From: Candidatus Saccharimonadota bacterium
GTDB lineage: Bacteria > Patescibacteriota > Gracilibacteria > UBA4473
Direction of reading: 5' to 3'
DNA: 32,000 bases
Assembly: GCA_020632335.1 (NCBI GenBank)
Contig: JACKFV010000001.1
Coordinates: 540,001 to 572,000, forward strand
A program made the position numbers and the translations under genes. Under the pieces are notes generated by a model. It saw only the letters and a program-made list of their open reading frames with translations. It did not search any database and had not been told where the DNA came from. Positions within the stretch are counted from its first letter, which is position 1; each line of letters opens with the position of its first letter. Below, in pieces: positions 27,196 through 32,000 of the stretch.

Positions 27196-28221
27196 CTAGA
27201 ACTGGGATAGCACGCTATAGGAGCCACTAAAGAGATCACGGATGTCAGTGATACCATAGCGCAGCATGGTCAGCCGGGTGAGCCCAAACCCAAAGGCAAA
27301 GCCGCTATAGACACTGGGGTCTATGCCGCAGCTGCGCAAGACGTGGGGGTGCACCATGCCCGCGCCCACTATCTCCAGCCACTTCTCGGTTCCGTCGGCC
27401 TTGGTGTAGAGCATATCCAGCTCTATCCCTGGCTCTACAAAGGGGAAGTAGGCCGGCCGCATACGCACGGTTACCTCGGTGCCGAAGAGCCGCTCGAGCA
27501 TCGTTTGCATCGTGGCCTTGAGGTGCCCCATATGAATGTGGGTATCCACCACCAGGCCCTCTACCTGATAAAACGCGGTGTCGTGGGTGGCATCGGTGGC
27601 CTCATTACGGAAGACCCTGCCGGGCACCACCACTCGCACGGGGGCCCCATATTGCAGCATACTGCGCACTTGCACGGGTGAGGTATGGGTACGCAGCACG
27701 GTATTTTCTCGTGTGTTGGCGTGCCCAGTGCGGAGGAAAAAGGTATCTTGCATATCCCGCGCGGGGTGCGTGGGGGGGATGTTCAGCGCGTCAAAGTTAT
27801 GCCATTCGGTCTCTATATGCGGTCCATCAGCAATGCGGAACCCCATAGAGCTGAAGAGATCTTCGATATCATGCCGCATACGAGTGATGGGGTGCAGGCT
27901 GCCCTTGCGCGCGGTGCTGGGCTGGGTGAGGTCATACCACTGCGCGGCTAGCTCGGCCTGCATGGCAGCGGTGCTCAGCGTCTCTTGTAGGGTATGGGTA
28001 TGGGCTTCTAGCTCTTGGCGTAGGGCCTGGAGTGCCGGGGCGATGCTGCGCTTCTCCTCGGTGCTGAGTGTCCCCAGTTGCTTATTCATCTGCGCGAGGG
28101 GGGAGTGCTTGCCCAGGTGCGCGCGTGTGTAGGCCTCCAGCTCGGGCAGGGTAGTGACGGCAGAGAGGGCCGTGTGAGCCTGAGCAGCGATGGCGTTGAG
28201 CTGAGAGAGGAGCGGATGCAT
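27196..28221 (-). CDS. pheS: Phenylalanine--tRNA ligase alpha subunit
   Basis: HPITRMRHDIEDLFSSMGF...HNFDALNIPPTHPARDMQDTFFL...LRTHTSPVQVRSM...PGRVFRNEATDATHDTAFYQVEGLVVD...RPAYFPFVEPG.ELD...WLEIVGAGMVHPHVL...GFAFGFGLTRLTMLRYGI.DIR. No pheT gene follows it. Confidence 0.96.
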   Translation of the reverse strand: MHPLLSQLNAIAAQAHTALSAVTTLPELEAYTRAHLGKHSPLAQMNKQLGTLSTEEKRSIAPALQALRQELEAHTHTLQETLSTAAMQAELAAQWYDLTQPSTARKGSLHPITRMRHDIEDLFSSMGFRIADGPHIETEWHNFDALNIPPTHPARDMQDTFFLRTGHANTRENTVLRTHTSPVQVRSMLQYGAPVRVVVPGRVFRNEATDATHDTAFYQVEGLVVDTHIHMGHLKATMQTMLERLFGTEVTVRMRPAYFPFVEPGIELDMLYTKADGTEKWLEIVGAGMVHPHVLRSCGIDPSVYSGFAFGFGLTRLTMLRYGITDIRDLFSGSYSVLSQF

Positions 28222-28227
28222 GGGCAG

Positions 28228-28255
28228 AGATTACCTTGCATTGGCGCGTTGGCAA
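28228..28255 (-). promoter_or_regulatory. Candidate pheS promoter giving a leaderless mRNA (TTGCCA-N16-TAATCT, then 6 nt, then ATG)
   Basis: The minus strand reads TTGCCA acgcgccaatgcaagg TAATCT ctgccc ATG. Its -35 overlaps the -35 of the divergent plus-strand promoter (TTGGCAA palindrome). Confidence 0.4.
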
Positions 28256-28277
28256 GGGTATACTGCACTGATATCTT
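28249..28277 (+). promoter_or_regulatory. Candidate promoter of the Pro-rich protein gene (TTGGCA-N17-TATCTT)
   Basis: The -10 hexamer is identical to that of the rplN candidate promoter. It ends 11 nt before ATG 28289, which implies a 5' UTR of only a few nucleotides. Confidence 0.4.
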
Positions 28278-28288
28278 GCCGTATACGC

Positions 28289-29437
28289 ATGAAATTCCAC
28301 TTCGGATTCGCTAACGACGACAGCCAGCCACAAGACGCCACGCAGGTGACAGAGCCGGCGCCCAAGCCACTCCCCCCAGAGCTGCAGCAGGCCGGTGACC
28401 TGGCCGAGCAGATGCAGGCGCCTACAGCGTCTGCGCGGCCCAGTACGCTTGTAGCGGAGGCCCTCCCCAGCATAGAGCCTGCTGAACGCCGCCCGAGTGA
28501 TACCCCGGCACCGAAGACGCCCCCAGTACCCACACCACCAGTAGCGCCTGCACCGAGTATGCCCGTGCCTCCCGTGTCACCCTCCCCTAAGCCGATGATG
28601 TCGGCGCCCATTCCTCCAGCAATACCGCCCTCTGCGCCAGCGCCTAAGCCAGCCGAGAATCCCTTTGCGGGGCTGCCACCCCTCACGCCGAAGAAACCCG
28701 CAGAGCCCGCCGCACCTGCTGATGCGACTTCTCCTGCTGAGAAAGCGGGGGGGAGCTTTGCCAGTATGGGTGATATGCTGCAGCAGCGGGTTATGCCAGC
28801 GCCGGAGCGGGGGATCACTCCGCCACCGCGCACGGTAGTAGAGCCCGAGAATGGGAAGACGCTCTCGCCCCAGCCCGCAGTGCCGCCGGTGACCCCCCCA
28901 GTGGGCAGGCCAGCAGAGAAGCCCGCAGCGCCCTCTCAGAGCGGGAATCCCTTCGCTAAGAAAGCACCAGAGGAGGGGAAGCCGGCAACTACTCCGGAGA
29001 AAATAACGGAGAAAAGAGTCGAGAAGCCTGAGGCAAAACCACTCGCCGTGCCGACACCCCCGCCCGTGAAGACGCCTCCGCTCCCCGAGAAAACAGTAGA
29101 GAAAGCCCCCGAGAAGATGCCAGAAAAATCTGCAGAGAAGCCTGCGGAAAAGGCCCCAGAGAAGATGCCAGAGAGGGCTACAGAACCGGCAAAACCCTCC
29201 CCAGCACCCGAGAAAATAGCGGCGGTGGTGGATCCCTTCCAGACGCTGCAGCGCCTCAGGAAGGAGCTGAACAGCTATGTGAACGATCGCAAGCAGGAGA
29301 TAGAGCAGCATAAAGAGCAGATCAAAGACCACCAGCGGGCCATCCGCCAGGTGGAGAAGGACATGCAGGCCCACCGCGATGAGGTGGAAAAGGTGGGGAA
29401 GGAGCTGCTGCAAATGGCCAAGGAACTGCTTGGTTAG
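28289..29437 (+). CDS. Pro/Ala/Lys/Glu-rich low-complexity protein with C-terminal coiled coil, function unknown
   Basis: The start was trimmed to ATG 28289 because the 28220 start would overlap the pheS start codon. There is a long PxxP / PEK-type tract (EKAPEKMPEKSAEKPAEKAPEKMPERATEPAKP). The last 70 aa or so are heptad-like: LQRLRKELNSYVNDRKQEIEQHKEQIKDHQRAIRQVEKDMQAHRDEVEKVGKELLQMAKELL. No signal peptide or TM segment is present. Confidence 0.6.
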   Translation: MKFHFGFANDDSQPQDATQVTEPAPKPLPPELQQAGDLAEQMQAPTASARPSTLVAEALPSIEPAERRPSDTPAPKTPPVPTPPVAPAPSMPVPPVSPSPKPMMSAPIPPAIPPSAPAPKPAENPFAGLPPLTPKKPAEPAAPADATSPAEKAGGSFASMGDMLQQRVMPAPERGITPPPRTVVEPENGKTLSPQPAVPPVTPPVGRPAEKPAAPSQSGNPFAKKAPEEGKPATTPEKITEKRVEKPEAKPLAVPTPPPVKTPPLPEKTVEKAPEKMPEKSAEKPAEKAPEKMPERATEPAKPSPAPEKIAAVVDPFQTLQRLRKELNSYVNDRKQEIEQHKEQIKDHQRAIRQVEKDMQAHRDEVEKVGKELLQMAKELLG

Positions 29438-29439
29438 GC

Positions 29440-29467
29440 TTGTAGAGGGGGCAGTGGTGGCTATGGT
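29440..29467 (+). promoter_or_regulatory. Candidate promoter giving a leaderless yjjX-like mRNA (TTGTAG-N16-TATGGT, then 6 nt, then ATG)
   Basis: The TATGGT hexamer at 29462-29467 ends exactly 6 nt before ATG 29474. Confidence 0.35.
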
Positions 29468-29473
29468 AGCCCT

Positions 29474-30034
29474 ATGCAGGTAGTGGTCGCTAGCCGTAAC
29501 CCCGTAAAGATAGCCGCTGCAGAGCAGGTATTTGTTCGTTCCTTCCCCCATGCAGCACTGCAGGTGACGGGAGTGAGCGTGCCTTCTGGCGTGGCGGATC
29601 AGCCCCTGACGGCCGAGGAGACCCTGCTGGGGGCGGAGAATCGGGTGCGTCATGCACAGCAGCAGCTGCCAGAAGCGACCTACACCGTGGGGATAGAAGG
29701 CGGCGTAGCGTGGCAGGAAGGGCGGCTCATGTGCTTTGCGGCCATAGTGGTGGCGGGGCCCGGGGGGCAGACGCAGTGCCTGATGACGCCGTATTTCTGG
29801 CTGCCGCCGGCAGTAGCGGAGCTGGTAGAGCGGGGCGTAGAGCTGGGGGACGCTGATGACCAGGTCTTTGGCCATAGCAATAGCAAGCAGCAGATGGGCG
29901 CTGTGGGGATCCTCACCCAGGGGCAGATAGACCGTCAGGCACTGTATGCGCATACGCTGCAGCTCTGCATTATTCCTTTTTGTCGTCCGGAGCTCTACCC
30001 TGGCGTATCTGGCGCTGGGTTGGCAGGTCTATAG
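29474..30034 (+). CDS. yjjX: Inosine/xanthosine triphosphatase (non-canonical purine NTP phosphatase, YjjX/DUF84 family)
   Basis: Collinear with E. coli YjjX: VVVASRNPVKIAAAEQVF...SVPSGVADQPLTAEETLLGAENRV..A.QQLPEA.Y.VGIEGG...GAVGILTQGQIDRQALYAHTLQLCIIPF. The last 65 nt or so overlap the convergent gene. Confidence 0.85.
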   Translation: MQVVVASRNPVKIAAAEQVFVRSFPHAALQVTGVSVPSGVADQPLTAEETLLGAENRVRHAQQQLPEATYTVGIEGGVAWQEGRLMCFAAIVVAGPGGQTQCLMTPYFWLPPAVAELVERGVELGDADDQVFGHSNSKQQMGAVGILTQGQIDRQALYAHTLQLCIIPFCRPELYPGVSGAGLAGL

Positions 30035-31295
30035 TGCCGCTGGGGTTCAGCCCCATGTGCTGCTGGTACTGCTGCAGTGCGGCCTTGGTGAGCGGGCCGA
30101 AGTAGCCCGTGGTTTGTGTGTGGTACCCCTGGGTGATGAGGAAGCGCTGCAGGCGCTGGGTGTGGGGGCTGGTGTCTCCTACCGCGAGGAAGAGCGGCAG
30201 CACGGGCCCGGGGTCTGTGGCGGAGAGTACTGGCTGCTGGGTATCGAGTGGGTAGAGTTCTGGGTAGGGGGAGGCGCTCAGCAGGGCATTTACGCGGGCG
30301 GTGGTGCGTGGGCCGAGGCGCCCGGCGCCCTGGTCATAGGGGCTGGCGATGATGTGCTCGCGCAGCTGAAAGGCCGTGAGGGCGGCTTTGGTATCACTCC
30401 CGAAGTAGCCCGTGGGTGCACGCGATAGCAGTTCCTCACGCTGCAGCAGCTGCTGGAGGTGGTAGACGTCGGTACTATAGCTGCCCTCGTCCAGCTCACT
30501 GGTGAACTGCCATCCCTCCCAGAGCTCTGCAAAGGCCGCTGCCACCGCATGCTGGGTGACTACCTGCTGCAGCTTTGCCCTACTGGCGGGGCCCATTCTC
30601 CCCGCGCCCAGGCTCTCGGGCCCCTCCACTACGTAGTAGTCCCGCTGGAAGGAGAGCACTGCGGCACGGGTCTCCTCGGTGTAGTGGGTACTCCCCGCGC
30701 CGTTATAGAACCCCAGGTACCCCAGCGCTGCGTGCAGGTCCTCCACTGTGGGGGCTGTATCGCCCAGCTGCAGGTCATGCGGTAGGTTGACGAGAAAGGG
30801 CAGGTGCAGCGTCTGCATGATGTCGCCCGTGGTGCTGAAGTTCACACTGCTGGCCACGGTACCCGGTGGGTGGAGCGTTACCTCGGTTTGGGTCATGCCC
30901 CACTGCAGTGCCCGCTGGAGCCCCTCCTCACCATAGCCCGTCCAGACATCCAGCCGTGGGTACTGCCACTGCGGTCGCACTCCAGCATCTACGATGGCGC
31001 CACCGCGGTCGTGCACCGTCCCACAGCCAAAACCCGGTATGCACACCTGCGTCCCGAAGGGGATATGCCCCGGGGCGGCCAGCATGCCGGGGTAGACTTT
31101 GGTTCCGTCAGCGCCCTGCAGGCCTTCGCCATTGAGGATGAGATCGGTCTCATAACTGCCCGTGGCATAAAAGCTCTGCCCCGGGAGCGGGCTGTAGTAG
31201 CCGGTGATGAGGTAGGTATGCGTGCCGTAGAGGCTCTCCTCGGCCCCTGCCACAGGGGGGAGCAGCGCTAGCGTGAGGAGGAGAAGGCGCTTCAT
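29970..31295 (-). CDS. Secreted peptidoglycan-active protein: signal peptide, 3D (MltA-like) domain, three PG_binding_1-type repeats
   Basis: Signal peptide: MKRLLLLTLALLPPVAGA. 3D-like region: TGYYSPLPGQ...GLQGADGTKVYPGMLAAPGHIPFGTQVCIPGFGCGTVHDRGGAI. PG-binding repeats: LGDTAPTVEDLHAALGYLGFYNG..THYTEETRAAVLSFQRDY, STDVYHLQQLLQRE.LL....TGYFGSDTKAALTAFQ and VGDTSPHTQRLQRFLITQGY....TGYFGPLTKAALQQYQQHMGL.PSG. Confidence 0.8.
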   Translation of the reverse strand: MKRLLLLTLALLPPVAGAEESLYGTHTYLITGYYSPLPGQSFYATGSYETDLILNGEGLQGADGTKVYPGMLAAPGHIPFGTQVCIPGFGCGTVHDRGGAIVDAGVRPQWQYPRLDVWTGYGEEGLQRALQWGMTQTEVTLHPPGTVASSVNFSTTGDIMQTLHLPFLVNLPHDLQLGDTAPTVEDLHAALGYLGFYNGAGSTHYTEETRAAVLSFQRDYYVVEGPESLGAGRMGPASRAKLQQVVTQHAVAAAFAELWEGWQFTSELDEGSYSTDVYHLQQLLQREELLSRAPTGYFGSDTKAALTAFQLREHIIASPYDQGAGRLGPRTTARVNALLSASPYPELYPLDTQQPVLSATDPGPVLPLFLAVGDTSPHTQRLQRFLITQGYHTQTTGYFGPLTKAALQQYQQHMGLNPSGTIDLPTQRQIRQGRAPDDKKE

Positions 31296-31711
31296 TGCAG
31301 GTCGGTGATGTCGCGTACGGGGCCCCGGGTAGCCTGCTGGGTGAGCTTCTCCAGTTGCTCGGCCATGGCGGCTTGGCGCTCTTTGGCACGGTCTTGAGCG
31401 CTGGATATGGTGCGCGTGGCCCAGAGCTGCACCCCCCAGTAGAGCAAAAAAAACACCCCCAGCGTACCGAAGAAATAGTACCAGTCGTGCTGCGGCGTGA
31501 AGAGAATCACTACCCCCGCGGTGATGAGCCCGATGATGAGCAGCAGCGGGATGGCCAGCCAGCCAAACTGCCGCACGGCATAGGCTGCTGCGAGTCGGCG
31601 CTTAGCGGCTGGGGGGAGGGACTGGTCAGTGAAGGCCATAAACCCGGTGAGGATCTCCTGCTGCGCGCTGCTGCGGTTCTCGGCCTTGAGGTACTGGAGG
31701 AAAGAGAGCAT
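31292..31711 (-). CDS. Small membrane protein with two TM helices and a charged helical C-terminal tail, function unknown
   Basis: TM segments: FGWLAIPLLLIIGLITAGVVILF and YYFFGTLGVFFLLYWGVQLW. Tail: AQDRAKERQAAMAEQLEKLTQQ. Its TGA overlaps the ATG of the downstream 3D-domain gene (ATGA, 31292-31295). A TAGAGT hexamer lies 6 nt upstream of its ATG. Confidence 0.55.
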   Translation of the reverse strand: MLSFLQYLKAENRSSAQQEILTGFMAFTDQSLPPAAKRRLAAAYAVRQFGWLAIPLLLIIGLITAGVVILFTPQHDWYYFFGTLGVFFLLYWGVQLWATRTISSAQDRAKERQAAMAEQLEKLTQQATRGPVRDITDLQ

Positions 31712-31755
31712 GGCGTCACTCTAGCGCTCTTGGGGAGAAATTGAACACGAGTTGC

Positions 31756-31783
31756 TTGACAAGGGATATAAAAGTGATACGGT
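31756..31783 (+). promoter_or_regulatory. Candidate promoter in the AT-rich island (TTGACA-N16-TACGGT with upstream TG, extended -10-like)
   Basis: Perfect -35 hexamer at 31756-31761. TG at 31775-31776 sits one nt before TACGGT. No ORF lies downstream. Confidence 0.3.
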
Positions 31784-31789
31784 GTAGGC

Positions 31790-31995
31790 GTTGTTTTACG
31801 GCTCGGCTAAAAGCTAAAAATAGTGGGATGGGGTAGGTTTACTCGTAATACTATGCTGTATACCGTAAAACACAATCGTTTGTATTGCTAATTCTGTTCG
31901 TGAATAAATAAGATTGTATATTTCAAAAAAGTGTAATTATTTTCGTTCGCAGTACAAACACAAAGGGGGCTATCTGCAAAGGTAGCCTCTTTTTT
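31790..31995 (+). ncRNA. Candidate small non-coding RNA of about 200 nt, class not recognised
   Basis: It is bounded by the promoter-like site and the intrinsic terminator. The longest plus-strand ORF I found is 12 codons (ATG 31853). An internal 9-bp long-range pairing links GTTTTACGG (31793-31801) with CCGTAAAAC (31863-31871). I saw no match to tRNA, tmRNA, SRP, RNase P or 5S signatures. Confidence 0.25.
31965..31995 (+). terminator. Rho-independent terminator (plus-strand orientation)
   Basis: Stem GGCTATC / GGTAGCC (7 bp, extendable to 9 with G-U pairs), loop TGCAAA, then TCTTTTTT. On the minus strand the hairpin is preceded by an A-run and followed only by CTTTGTGTTTG, so the plus orientation is the better terminator. 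Confidence 0.55.
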
Positions 31996-32000
31996 CCTGT

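Noticed and set aside
18614-28288. Upstream-extended ORF-track starts for rplN (18614), rplX (19002), rpsE (21404), the SLH/RlpA/CAP gene (23104), the GT4 transferase (27257) and the Pro-rich protein (28220)
   Set aside because: The extensions overlap the preceding gene or the divergent start codon and add non-conserved residues. Internal ATGs give the conserved N-termini (MIQ... for L14, MKL... for L24) or a proper signal peptide.
23125-31744. Antisense ORFs in the right third (23125-24135 -, 25123-25809 -, 26131-26907 +, 27578-28132 +, 28231-28833 -, 28577-29953 -, 29946-30428 +, 30804-31271 +, 31295-31744 +)
   Set aside because: Each lies opposite a gene with clear family motifs (RlpA/CAP, lspA, GT4, pheS, yjjX, 3D/PG-binding). 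Their translations are low-complexity Arg/Pro/Gly/His-rich sequences.

Overview
This is a GC-rich, tightly packed bacterial window. All calls come from reading the sequence and the ORF translations; no database search was possible. The left 15.4 kb holds two collinear giant surface-protein ORFs in the same reading frame, separated only by TAG plus 4 codons. The first is cut by the window edge (over 1,550 codons, DUF11 repeats). The second has 3,562 codons: GLUG motifs, SdrD-B-like Ca-binding repeats, about 11 DUF11 modules, a Thr/Gly linker, an internal LPQTG motif and a C-terminal sortase-like domain. A membrane-anchored PLD-family protein follows. Next comes a 16S rRNA gene with no 23S or tRNA after it. 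It sits directly upstream of a truncated spc ribosomal-protein cluster (rplN-rplX-rplE-rpsN-rpsH-rplF-rplR-rpsE-rplO) that has no S17 before it, no L30 inside it and no secY after it. The right third encodes envelope and housekeeping genes: a secreted SLH/RlpA/CAP protein, lspA, a WecA/MraY-family transferase, pheS, a Pro/Ala/Lys/Glu-rich coiled-coil protein, a YjjX-like NTPase, and a 3D-domain muralytic protein with PG-binding repeats that is translationally coupled to a small 2-TM protein. An AT-rich ORF-free island with a promoter-like site and an intrinsic terminator closes the window. The divergent 16S, the missing L30 and the sortase/SLH-type envelope genes suggest an uncultivated, possibly CPR/Patescibacteria-like monoderm lineage; this is inference. 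The main hunt results are: (1) a substrate-enzyme fusion of an LPQTG adhesin with its own sortase-like domain; (2) the single in-frame TAG joining the two giant ORFs; (3) a mutated anti-Shine-Dalgarno tail in the 16S, together with G-free pyrimidine-rich intercistronic spacers and TAnnnT hexamers exactly 6 nt upstream of several ATGs, which points to SD-independent or leaderless initiation; (4) a broken rRNA operon and broken ribosomal-protein synteny; (5) an S5 protein with a C-terminal helix-hairpin-helix module. No CRISPR array, transposase, integrase or recognisable defence system was seen.
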